A stretch of DNA of 10,909 bases from a virus (Duplodnaviria > Heunggongvirae > Uroviricota > Caudoviricetes): the IMG/VR virus record IMGVR_UViG_2690316278_000007; one strand, 5' to 3'. The translations under genes and the position numbers were made by a program. The notes under the pieces are model-generated. The model had not been told where the DNA came from and ran no database searches. It saw only the letters and a program-made list of their open reading frames with translations. Each line of letters starts with the position of its first letter. Positions within the stretch are counted from its first letter, which is position 1. Shown in pieces: positions 1 through 7,391 of the stretch.

Positions 1-24
1 CCAGTCAGTTGCTTAACTGACTGG
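1..24. other. 10-bp perfect inverted repeat at the left edge, downstream of ogr
   Basis: CCAGTCAGTT (1-10), gctt, AACTGACTGG (15-24). Sequence beyond the window is unknown, so a terminator tail cannot be assessed. Confidence 0.3.
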
Positions 25-54
25 CATTACTCAACTGAGGGGCTATTTTTTTGA

Positions 55-273
55 TCACATCCACATAATTTGCTGCCCTGACGGCAACGGGTGCGGCCTT
101 ACGGCGTGGACTTCTCCCGGCTTCACGATGTATCGCTGTACCGACTCATAAGTGATGAACGTGGCGCTGCAATTCACGTTCTGGCACTGGTGATAACGCT
201 CTTTTGTCGTGTCAGTGATATAGCGACTTGTACGCGCATGTGCGGCATGCTGGCATAAAGGACAATGAAACAT
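55..273 (-). CDS. ogr: Ogr, zinc-finger activator of P2 late transcription (72 aa)
   Basis: Minus-strand ORF whose product from the ATG at 273-271 reads MFHCPLCQHAAHARTSRYITDTTKERYHQCQNVNCSATFITYESVQRYIVKPGEV..., with Cys pairs CPLC and CQNVNC typical of the Ogr/Delta zinc finger. AGAGG Shine-Dalgarno lies about 8 nt upstream of this ATG. The ORF track extends to a TTG at 336, which I regard as a caller artefact. Position directly after gene D matches P2 order. Confidence 0.9.
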   Translation of the reverse strand: MFHCPLCQHAAHARTSRYITDTTKERYHQCQNVNCSATFITYESVQRYIVKPGEVHAVRPHPLPSGQQIMWM

Positions 274-354
274 CGCGAGCACCTCTTCCGGTTTTGTTGA
301 TGGTGCCATTTTAGTTAATTTATCCTTATAAAACAAACAGATAAATAAACCACG

Positions 355-1615
355 TCACTCATCATCTTCTGTTTCGTACTCCACATCAGAAAGCCTTACC
401 TCAAGCTCCAAGGACGTCGTGAAGCCGCTATTATTGAGACAATGTGTCACCTTAGTGATGGTCCAGTCCTGCTCGTCTATGACGCGCTTAAAGCCTGACA
501 CTTTAACCGGTGTTTCCGTGTAAATATCTGCACGACCGGTAGCCAGGCTGATGGAGAACTCCGCTACACCCCGTTGCAGTTTATCCCACTTCGCCTGAGC
601 GGCGCGCATGGCCTGCGCTTTTGTGGCATATACCGTGGTCAGGGCAAAAACGTTGTCAGCTTCACCGGCCATGTATTCACCTTCGCGCGCTTCCGGTACT
701 TTTGGCGCTTTCTTCTGCGTGACCGGTTTCGCTTTCGGGTGCTCCAGTGCGCGCAGGTGTTTTTCTTTCTTTTTGCGTTTCAGTTTTACCTTCTGCTTTT
801 GCGGCTTCGGGTCTTTGGTGTGTAACCACTTTGCCGTTACGCCGGTGTAAGCTCCACGGTCAGCAATCGCAAAATGATGACGGTCGCCGTCGCTGCGGGT
901 GATGGTAATCTGCGGGATTTTTTTACCGCTGGCCGTCNNNNNNNNNNNNNNNNNNNNNNNNNNNNNNNNNNNNNNNNNNNNNNNNNNNNNNNNNNNNNNN
1001 NNNNNNNNNNNNNNNNNNNNNNNNNNNNNNNNNNNCCCCCTGCCCCGCTTTGAGAAACAGCAGTTTTCCCATTTTTACCGACACCTCGCCGCCGTTGCGT
1101 TCAGCAAGACGGGTCAGGAATTTCGCATCAGACTCCTGCGACTGGTCGATGTGTGGAATTTTTATTCCGGCCAGTGACGGAGCGACACTGGCTTCCAGCC
1201 TGTTACGGGAGGCTATCGCCTCAACAATCGCACCGAGCGTAATGTCATGCCATGAGCCTTCACGGCGGGAATTGAGCGTCCCGCGAAAATCTGCACTCCG
1301 GGCGCGGATGGTGACCACATCCGGCGCGCCCCGGTGTTCAACCTCATCAACGGTAAATTTCCCTTTGCATACCAGGGCAAAACCTTTCCAGCCGATATAC
1401 ACCGTCAGGACAGCGCCACGAACCGGCAGCCCGACCTGCCCGTCGGCATCGTTCAGTTCAATATCAAGCTGGTCAGCCTCAAAGCCCCGGTTATCCGTCA
1501 GGGTCATGCTCATCAGACGGTCGCTGATATTGCCGGTAATATCCCTGCTGTCGAGCATCAGCATGTAATCCGGCGTCAGCGTACTGCCTGCATCAAATGT
1601 CAGCGCATCCAGCAT
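355..1615 (-). CDS. D: Tail protein D (gpD), interrupted by the N-run 938-1035
   Basis: N-terminal part is ORF 923..1615 (MLDALTFDAGSTLTPDYMLMLDSRDITGN...KMGKLLFLKAGQG). Downstream of the N-run, one continuous minus-strand frame runs from 936 to the TGA at 355-357 (TASGKKIPQITITRSDGDRHHFAIADRGAYTG..., a Lys-rich linker, then MAGEADNVFALTT...EVRLSDVEYETEDDE). The two halves are in different frames only because the 98-nt N-run is not a multiple of 3. The ATG of D at 1615-1613 overlaps the TAA of U (TAATG). Confidence 0.85.
938..1035. other. Run of 98 N (masked or unsequenced) inside gene D
   Basis: Read directly from the sequence. The X-runs in the ORF track here are artefacts of this block. 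Confidence 1.
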
Positions 1616-2076
1616 TATCCCGCCCCCGTCATACCCGTGAATTTAGTCGCCATACTGCCAGCCTTACCGATGAGCGATTCCGCCTGTTTACCGATATCGC
1701 CATAAAGCGCGGCCAGTGACTCATCAACGCGGGTGAGCGACAGCGTAAAATCAATTTTCCGTGGTGTGCCGTCTGCAAAGAAAATACTCCCTGTTTCACT
1801 CACCTTGCTGATGACATACATGCCGTAAATCATGCCGGTGCCATCCAGCAACGGCCACGCCCGGCCTTCCTCTGCCATCAGTCTGAGCGTGGTCATCGTC
1901 AGCTTTCCGCCAGTCAGTTCGGGATAAAGCACACCGGCAAGTGTGATGTTCTCCTCACCTACACCGAGAAACTGATAGGCATCCCGTTTACCGATACGGG
2001 AATTTGACGGCCAGCGATAATCTGATTCACGCTGCATGGTCTGGTGTGGCAGCGTCTGGCGCATAAAAACAAACAT
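1615..2076 (-). CDS. U: Tail protein U (gpU); true 5' end may lie in the N-run starting at 2083
   Basis: 153-aa minus-strand ORF (MFVFMRQTLPHQ...LIGKAGSMATKFTGMTGAG) located between T and D as in P2. Its stop overlaps the D start. The frame remains open upstream of the ATG at 2076 into the N block, so the start is uncertain. Confidence 0.8.
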   Translation of the reverse strand: MFVFMRQTLPHQTMQRESDYRWPSNSRIGKRDAYQFLGVGEENITLAGVLYPELTGGKLTMTTLRLMAEEGRAWPLLDGTGMIYGMYVISKVSETGSIFFADGTPRKIDFTLSLTRVDESLAALYGDIGKQAESLIGKAGSMATKFTGMTGAG

Positions 2077-2082
2077 ACCTAA

Positions 2083-2581
2083 NNNNNNNNNNNNNNNNNN
2101 NNNNNNNNNNNNNNNNNNNNNNNNNNNNNNNNNNNNNNNNNNNNNNNNNNNNNNNNNNNNNNNNNNNNNNNNNNNNNNNNNNNNNNNNNNNNNNNNNNNN
2201 NNNNNNNNNNNNNNNNNNNNNNNNNNNNNNNNNNNNNNNNNNNNNNNNNNNNNNNNNNNNNNNNNNNNNNNNNNNNNNNNNNNNNNNNNNNNNNNNNNNN
2301 NNNNNNNNNNNNNNNNNNNNNNNNNNNNNNNNNNNNNNNNNNNNNNNNNNNNNNNNNNNNNNNNNNNNNNNNNNNNNNNNNNNNNNNNNNNNNNNNNNNN
2401 NNNNNNNNNNNNNNNNNNNNNNNNNNNNNNNNNNNNNNNNNNNNNNNNNNNNNNNNNNNNNNNNNNNNNNNNNNNNNNNNNNNNNNNNNNNNNNNNNNNN
2501 NNNNNNNNNNNNNNNNNNNNNNNNNNNNNNNNNNNNNNNNNNNNNNNNNNNNNNNNNNNNNNNNNNNNNNNNNNNNNNNNN
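2083..2581. other. Run of 499 N covering the T 3' end / U 5' region
   Basis: Read directly from the sequence. Only a 37-nt readable island (2582-2618) separates it from the next N-run. Confidence 1.
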
Positions 2582-4783
2582 TCACGGCAACGGTTCAGGG
2601 TGTCCTGGGTGGCTTTGANNNNNNNNNNNNNNNNNNNNNNNNNNNNNNNNNNNNNNNNNNNNNNNNNNNNNNNNNNNNNNNNNNNNNNNNNNNNNNNNNN
2701 NNNNNNNNNNNNNNNNNNNNNNNNNNNNNNNNNNNNNNNNNNNNNNNNNNNNNNNNNNNNNNNNNNNNNNNNNNNNNNNNNNNNNNNNNNNNNNNNNNNN
2801 NNNNNNNNNNNNNNNNNNNNNNNNNNNNNNNNNNNNNNNNNNNNNNNNNNNNNNNNNNNNNNNNNNNNNNNNNNNNNNNNNNNNNNNNNNNNNNNNNNNN
2901 NNNNNNNNNNNNNNNNNNNNNNNNNNNNNNNNNNNNNNNNNNNNNNNNNNNNNNNNNNNNNNNNNNNNNNNNNNNNNNNNNNNNNNNNNNNNNNNNNNNN
3001 NNNNNNNNNNNNNNNNNNNNNNNNNNNNNNNNNNNNNNNNNNNNNNNNNNNNNNNNNNNNNNNNNNNNNNNNNNNNNNNNNNNNNNNNNNNNNNNNNNNN
3101 NNNNNNNNNNNNNNNNNNNNNNNNNNNNNNNNNNNNNNNNNNNNNNNNNNNNNNNNNNNNNNNNNNNNNNNNNNNNNNNNNNNNNNNNNNNNNNNNNNNN
3201 NNNNNNNNNNNNNNNNNNNNNNNNNNNNNNNNNNNNNNNNNNNNNNNNNNNNNNNNNNNNNNNNNNNNNNNNNNNNNNNNNNNNNNNNNNNNNNNNNNNN
3301 NNNNNNNNNNNNNNNNNNNNNNNNNNNNNNNNNNNNNNNNNNNNNNNNNNNNNNNNNNNNNNNNNNNNNNNNNNNNNNNNNNNNNNNNNNNNNNNNNNNN
3401 NNNNNNNNNNNNNNNNNNNNNNNNNNNNNNNNNNNNNNNNNNNNNNNNNNNNNNNNNNNNNNCCCCGAAAATGGTTTTCATGTATTCGGCCTGCTGGGCA
3501 GTACCGAGCCGGTTTTTCTCAAAGCTGGCCTGCATTTCTTTCAGAATGGTAAATACTGGTCGGGTGTTTCCCTTACTGTCTGAGGTTTTCACGCCAAGCT
3601 CTTTGAGTGCATCCCATGCTTTTCCAGTCGGTGCCTGCAGGCGACTTAACACGGCACGGCTTCCCGTCCCCGCCATTGAGCCTGTGATTTTTGCATCATG
3701 CAGCGCCCCGACCATTGCGGCGGTTTCTTCAATGCTGACACCGGCATTTTTTGCCACTGGTGCGGCATAGGTCAGCGCATCGCTCATGCCGTCAAAATCA
3801 GCGGCGGTTTTGTTCATCGTCATGGAGAGAACATCCCCGATATGAGCGACCTTATCGTTTGAAAGCTGAAAGGCGGATTTCATCCCCATCAGCAGGGCGG
3901 CGTTTTCTTCCATTGTGCGGCGGTTCGCCAGCGCCATATTCAGCGTGACCGGCGTTGCCGCCTGAATGGCATCAACATCCCCACCCGCTTTCGCAATGAT
4001 AATCTGTGCACCGGCCGCATCATCCGCTGAGGCGGCGGTGTTGTCACCGAGCTGGCGCGCCTGCTTGCGGAGTGCAGCCATTTCGGCGGAGTCTTTTGCC
4101 ACACCGAGCACAGCCTGCAATTCTGAGTTTTTCTGCGCAAACTCATAACCTGGCATCAGCAGCTTAACTCCGGCTATCGTTCCCGCAGCAGCAATCCCCA
4201 CACCGGCAGCGCCCACTGAGGCCATATTTCCGGCCAGTTCCTTTCCGGCCTGATAACGCTGTTTGACTGCGTTAAGTTTTGCCTGTTGCGCACTGACACG
4301 CGCCAGCGCGTCACGCTGCCGGTTAAGCTGGGCGGTGGTTTCACTGATACGGTTTTTCAGTCCCTGCTCATCATGTGCAAGATTGCGGGTATTAATTCCC
4401 ACAGCGGCCAGTTCCCGCTGCTGGCGTTTAACGGAATCTGTCAGGCGGTTATATTTCGCCTGTAAGTCCTCCGCCGCACGCTTTGCGGATTCCAGCACTT
4501 TCGCCTGAGCACGGGTCGGGCGTTCGGTGTTTTTAAACTGTGTGGCAAGGGCTTCGGCCTCCTGCCGTGCCTTTTCAAGTGCATGACCAGTCACGGCGAG
4601 CTGTGCACTGGTCTTGCGGAATCCCTCAATACGGGATGCGTGACCGTTCAGCTCGCGCAGTGATTTTTGTGTTTCCCGGATATCCCCCGACAGCAACTTA
4701 CTCGCTCTGCGGATGGATTTAAACGGGCGGGACGCCTGGTCAACAGCCCTGAGCAATACCTGTAATTTTACATTGTTACTCAT
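2582..4783 (-). CDS. T: Tail tape measure protein (gpT); only 3463-4783 (N-terminal ~440 aa) is readable, and the 3' end is hidden in the N-runs
   Basis: Minus-strand ORF starting ATG 4783-4781 (MSNNVKLQVLLRAVDQASRPFKSIRRASKLL...). It is long, Ala/Gln/Arg-rich and predicted helical, and follows E/E' as in P2. The start overlaps the E' stop (ATGAGTAA). The left coordinate is taken from the ORF track and is not a real gene end. Confidence 0.8.
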   Translation of the reverse strand: MSNNVKLQVLLRAVDQASRPFKSIRRASKLLSGDIRETQKSLRELNGHASRIEGFRKTSAQLAVTGHALEKARQEAEALATQFKNTERPTRAQAKVLESAKRAAEDLQAKYNRLTDSVKRQQRELAAVGINTRNLAHDEQGLKNRISETTAQLNRQRDALARVSAQQAKLNAVKQRYQAGKELAGNMASVGAAGVGIAAAGTIAGVKLLMPGYEFAQKNSELQAVLGVAKDSAEMAALRKQARQLGDNTAASADDAAGAQIIIAKAGGDVDAIQAATPVTLNMALANRRTMEENAALLMGMKSAFQLSNDKVAHIGDVLSMTMNKTAADFDGMSDALTYAAPVAKNAGVSIEETAAMVGALHDAKITGSMAGTGSRAVLSRLQAPTGKAWDALKELGVKTSDSKGNTRPVFTILKEMQASFEKNRLGTAQQAEYMKTIFGXXXXXXXXXXXXXXXXXXXXXXXXXXXXXXXXXXXXXXXXXXXXXXXXXXXXXXXXXXXXXXXXXXXXXXXXXXXXXXXXXXXXXXXXXXXXXXXXXXXXXXXXXXXXXXXXXXXXXXXXXXXXXXXXXXXXXXXXXXXXXXXXXXXXXXXXXXXXXXXXXXXXXXXXXXXXXXXXXXXXXXXXXXXXXXXXXXXXXXXXXXXXXXXXXXXXXXXXXXXXXXXXXXXXXXXXXXXXXXXXXXXXXXXXXXXXXXXXXXXXXXXXXXXXXXXXXXXXXXXXXXQSHPGHPEPLP
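2619..3462. other. Run of 844 N inside the tape measure gene
   Basis: Read directly from the sequence. Confidence 1.
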
Positions 4784-5203
4784 TCGTGTTTCCGCTTCGC
4801 CTGAGCGCCTTTTCGCGCCATGTGATGAGTTCGGTCAGGCTCATGGGATACAGTTCTGATGGCGGCCAGTGAAATATCACTGCCACATCCGCCATCAGGT
4901 CATCGACCGACAGATTTTTCGGAAGCGTCACTGCACCGAGTTCGGCGACAAAAAACCGACCACCTTACCGGCCAGCGCCACAAGGTCAGGCAGTTCCAGC
5001 GCGGCGACTTCCTGCTCGGTCAGCATCGGTGCCGTCATGCGCGGCAGCACCTTAATCAGTGCATCGACTTCTGAGTTTGCGACCGCAGCCAGACTGACAC
5101 CGCGCAGCGTCCCCGCACTGGGTTTCATCAGCGTGACCTGTTCGATAACCTGCTCACCACGCTTGACCGGATTGTCCAGGGTAATCACATTTTCTTTGTT
5201 CAT
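4776..5203 (-). CDS. E+E': gpE+E', tail assembly chaperone made by programmed -1 ribosomal frameshift (about 142 aa)
   Basis: Slippery heptamer T_TTT_TTG on the minus strand (coords 4955-4949) sits 6 codons before the E stop. I translated the -1 frame from 4949 by hand and it stays open for 57 codons (VAELGAVTLPKNLSVDDLMADVAVIFHWPPSELYPMSLTELITWREKALRRSGNTNE) to a TAA at 4778-4776, overlapping the T start codon. 85 + 57 = 142 aa. Confidence 0.75.
4928..5203 (-). CDS. E: Tail assembly chaperone gpE (91 aa, zero-frame product)
   Basis: Minus-strand ORF MNKENVITLDNPVKRGEQVIEQVTLMKP...KVVGFLSPNSVQ, ending TGA at 4930-4928. Position between FII and T matches P2. Confidence 0.9.
   Translation of the reverse strand: MNKENVITLDNPVKRGEQVIEQVTLMKPSAGTLRGVSLAAVANSEVDALIKVLPRMTAPMLTEQEVAALELPDLVALAGKVVGFLSPNSVQ
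4949..4955 (-). other. Slippery heptamer TTTTTTG for the E/E' -1 frameshift
   Basis: Plus strand reads CAAAAAA at 4949-4955, which is T TTT TTG on the coding strand in the E zero frame (codons GGT TTT TTG). Confidence 0.7.
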
Positions 5204-5231
5204 GGTTTTCTCACTTCTGAATCGGGGTTAA

Positions 5232-5252
5232 CCGGTCAGCCAGGCTGACCGG
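5232..5252 (-). other. Intergenic stem-loop between FII and E (9-bp perfect inverted repeat, 3-nt spacer)
   Basis: CCGGTCAGC (5232-5240), cag, GCTGACCGG (5244-5252), lying in the 56-nt FII-E spacer. No U-tract follows on the transcribed strand, so it is not a classical terminator. Confidence 0.4.
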
Positions 5253-5259
5253 ATGAAAA

Positions 5260-5778
5260 TTACAGGCCGATATTGCGGCGGTGTTGCTCCAGCCGGTCGA
5301 CGCCGTTCACCTTCTCAATCATGTTGATGGTGTCGATTTCGACCAGCTCCTTACCGTCCATCGTCAGCCGGAAATAGGTGCAGACCACGGAGATTTTCGA
5401 CTCGGTGTCTTCTCCCTGTTTACCCTCGCCGGTGTCGATTTCTTTCTGACGGCCACGCATGACCACCTCTACGGCCACCGTTTCGCCGGTATCGTCACGC
5501 TGGTAAGAGCCTGCAAAACGAATCGGCACGGCATCCACACCGGTTGCGGCGTAAAGCTCCCAGATAACCGAATCCGGGAAGCCCCCGAGCGACCACTCCA
5601 TTGACAGCGCATCGTCATCAAGGCCGAGGTCTACCGGTGCGCTTCCGTTCATCCCCGCACCGCGATAGTTTTCGAGTTTACGGGTCAGTTTTGGCAGCGT
5701 GACGGACTTTGCAACGCCCTGATAGCTGTAGCCGTTCAGAAAGACGTTCATTAACTTGAGTTTGCGCGGCATTGCCAT
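5260..5778 (-). CDS. FII: Tail tube protein gpFII (172 aa)
   Basis: Minus-strand ORF MAMPRKLKLMNVFLNGYSYQGVAKSVTLPKLTRKLENYRGAG... GGAG Shine-Dalgarno in the 12-nt spacer after the FI stop. Size and position as in P2. Confidence 0.92.
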   Translation of the reverse strand: MAMPRKLKLMNVFLNGYSYQGVAKSVTLPKLTRKLENYRGAGMNGSAPVDLGLDDDALSMEWSLGGFPDSVIWELYAATGVDAVPIRFAGSYQRDDTGETVAVEVVMRGRQKEIDTGEGKQGEDTESKISVVCTYFRLTMDGKELVEIDTINMIEKVNGVDRLEQHRRNIGL

Positions 5779-5790
5779 CGGTCAGGCTCC

Positions 5791-6981
5791 TTAATTGCTG
5801 TTAACCGAGGTGACCAGATTTGCCAGGTATTTATCGGTAATACGCTGGCGCAGGGTCAGGTTTTCAAGAGGAGGCACCGGGGTATAGTCGTAGTCGATAT
5901 ACAGTTTTCCGGCCTTGAGGGTTTCCGCATCGTTGGATTCTTCGCTGAACCAGCAGGTCGCATCCACGATATAGCCGTTTGTTTTCAGCTCACGGAATTT
6001 GGCATTGATGCCGTCAACGATGTCGCGAATCAGCGTTGCGGTGATGGGCTTGTCCACCGCCCACATGTGCGCCTCAGCCATCGTGTCGGCCAGCACCTGC
6101 GCGGTGCGGGTGTAGTTTTCAAAGAGGAACAGCGGGTCATCAGAGCAGGTACGGTTACCCCAGAAGCGGAAACCGTCACGGCGAATCAGCGTTGTGACGC
6201 CTGACTCGTTAAGCAGGTCAGCATCGGTGCCGGACTCCTGCAAATCCCAGAATACGGACGCGCTGATGCCGGTAACACCGTTCACCCCGACGTTGGACAG
6301 CGTTTTATGCCAGCCCTGCTCCTGGTCGATTTTAGCGCGCAGACCCAGCGCACGGGCGGTGGCATACGCGGTGGCGGTGGTACTGGCGACCGTATCCCAT
6401 GCGAGGAAATCCGGCCAGATGACCATCAGCTCACGCTGGCTGAAATTCTGACGGTAGGCTTTCACCTCGGAAACGGTCTTACAGCCCCATGCGCTGATAT
6501 ACCCGAAAGCGCGCAGCTTCTGACAGACTGATGCCAGTGCAACAGCCACCTCTTTGGTGTCCAGTCCCGGCACGCCGAGAATACGCGGTTTAACACCGGT
6601 TACCGACTCCGCCGCCAGCAGGGCTTTCAGTCCGGTGTACTGACCGTTTTCGTCGGTGGTGCCGATGATATTGGAAACGGTCTGCGCGAGTTTCGTTTCC
6701 TCGTCGTCGCCGGTGCCGTCTTCCACACGCACGACAACGGTGACCGGTTTTGACTGGTCGGCGATGGCCTGCAACGATGCCGCCAGCGTGCCTTTTTTAC
6801 CGGCCTTTGCAATTGCGCTCTGCACATTGGTAATCAGCACCGGTTTATTGAGGGGGAAGGTTTCCGCATCCGCATCGCTGGCCGTGCAGACCATGCCGAC
6901 AATGGCAGTGGATACGGTGGAAATGACGCGGGTGCCGTCGTTAATCTCCAGCACCTGCACGCCGTGATGATAGTCACTCAT
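5791..6981 (-). CDS. FI: Tail sheath protein gpFI (396 aa)
   Basis: Minus-strand ORF MSDYHHGVQVLEINDGTRVISTVSTAIVGMV..., first gene of the FI-FII-E-T-U-D operon. GGAG lies about 10 nt upstream of the ATG at 6981. Confidence 0.92.
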   Translation of the reverse strand: MSDYHHGVQVLEINDGTRVISTVSTAIVGMVCTASDADAETFPLNKPVLITNVQSAIAKAGKKGTLAASLQAIADQSKPVTVVVRVEDGTGDDEETKLAQTVSNIIGTTDENGQYTGLKALLAAESVTGVKPRILGVPGLDTKEVAVALASVCQKLRAFGYISAWGCKTVSEVKAYRQNFSQRELMVIWPDFLAWDTVASTTATAYATARALGLRAKIDQEQGWHKTLSNVGVNGVTGISASVFWDLQESGTDADLLNESGVTTLIRRDGFRFWGNRTCSDDPLFLFENYTRTAQVLADTMAEAHMWAVDKPITATLIRDIVDGINAKFRELKTNGYIVDATCWFSEESNDAETLKAGKLYIDYDYTPVPPLENLTLRQRITDKYLANLVTSVNSN

Positions 6982-7073
6982 CCGTTTAACTCCGTGGTTA
7001 ATGGGTGCAACTATTTTCTGTTGGGCAGTGCATGAGACGCTATTTGACCTGGCTGGTCAGTGGATGAAACAAC

Positions 7074-7105
7074 AGATAAAGAAAATGCGGGCAATTCGCC
7101 CGCAT
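7074..7105 (-). terminator. Candidate intrinsic terminator acting on leftward (minus-strand) transcription just upstream of the FI promoter
   Basis: Perfect 8-bp GC-rich stem ATGCGGGC (7085-7092) / GCCCGCAT (7098-7105) with a 5-nt loop. On the minus-strand transcript it is followed directly by UUUUCUUUAU (7084-7074). No comparable U-tract follows on the plus strand. Confidence 0.45.
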
Positions 7106-7122
7106 GTCCTGATTTGTACACA
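7105..7122 (-). promoter_or_regulatory. Candidate Ogr-dependent late promoter element (TGT-N12-ACA dyad) for the FI operon
   Basis: TGT (7105-7107), 12 nt, ACA (7120-7122), about 130 nt upstream of the FI start. P2/P4 late promoters are known to carry a TGT-N12-ACA dyad centred near -55. A chance occurrence is not excluded. Confidence 0.4.
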
Positions 7123-7320
7123 CTCATTTTCCGACTGACAGTTTACATAGCCCAAACGCTATCAAATCTGACAGCCTGCTATGAGCGAAAAGCGTTAAAT
7201 CTCACGATATCTGCTACCGGGAAAAATTTCGATTATCTTCGATGGGAACTTTGATAATGTAGTAAATGCCATTTTCAGCGATCACTTTTCAAGCGTGTGT
7301 AAATGATTAATGTTAAAAAA

Positions 7321-7350
7321 TTGACTTCACTGAAATAAGGTTGCTAGTAT
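7321..7350 (+). promoter_or_regulatory. Candidate sigma70 promoter for the cargo ORF (extended -10 type)
   Basis: TTGACT (7321-7326), 18-nt spacer, then TGcTAGTAT with TG at 7342-7343 and the hexamer at 7345-7350. An A/T-rich tract lies upstream (7300-7320). AAGGA Shine-Dalgarno (7381-7385) sits 6 nt before the ATG at 7392. Confidence 0.5.
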
Positions 7351-7391
7351 TTTTGGAGCAACCATTAATGTTTTTTATTTAAGGAATGTAA

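Noticed and set aside
274-336. N-terminal extension of ogr in the ORF track (start at 336)
   Set aside because: It begins at a TTG. The ATG at 273 with an AGAGG SD gives the canonical 72-aa Ogr.
574-850. Plus-strand ORFs 574..825 and 608..850 (Phe/Arg/Leu-rich)
   Set aside because: Antisense to the Lys-rich linker of gene D, with no SD. The composition is what the reverse complement of a K-rich coding region would give.
1050-1705. Plus-strand ORFs 1050..1568 and 1334..1705
   Set aside because: Lie entirely antisense within D and U, with no ribosome-binding site and Ser/Arg/Pro-rich low-complexity products.
2079-2585. 168-aa minus-strand ORF made only of X
   Set aside because: Pure N-run translation.
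2036-3583. 515-aa plus-strand ORF in the ORF track
   Set aside because: Almost entirely X from translating the N-runs; only short real flanks. Artefact.
3471-4722. Short ORFs on both strands inside the tape measure gene (3471..3770, 3751..3948, 3940..4146, 3966..4148, 4263..4508, 4540..4722)
   Set aside because: All overlap the strongly supported gpT frame and lack translation signals.
4859-5231. Plus-strand ORFs 4859..5074 and 4869..5231
   Set aside because: Antisense to E and E', which are supported by the frameshift architecture.
5281-5604. Plus-strand ORF antisense to FII
   Set aside because: Embedded in the well-supported tail tube gene; no SD.
6194-6967. Several ORFs on both strands overlapping FI (6194..6451, 6307..6531, 6627..6827, 6656..6967)
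   Set aside because: Overlap the sheath gene. High-GC coding DNA commonly yields such open frames.
7135-7174. Direct repeat CTGACAG (7135-7141 and 7168-7174), a possible operator
   Set aside because: A 7-mer repeated once in about 300 bp is expected by chance; no further symmetry.
7060-7254. 64-aa plus-strand ORF in the FI-cargo intergenic region
   Set aside because: GTG start without a convincing SD. It overlaps the hairpin and dyad that I interpret as a terminator and late promoter, so coding is unlikely.
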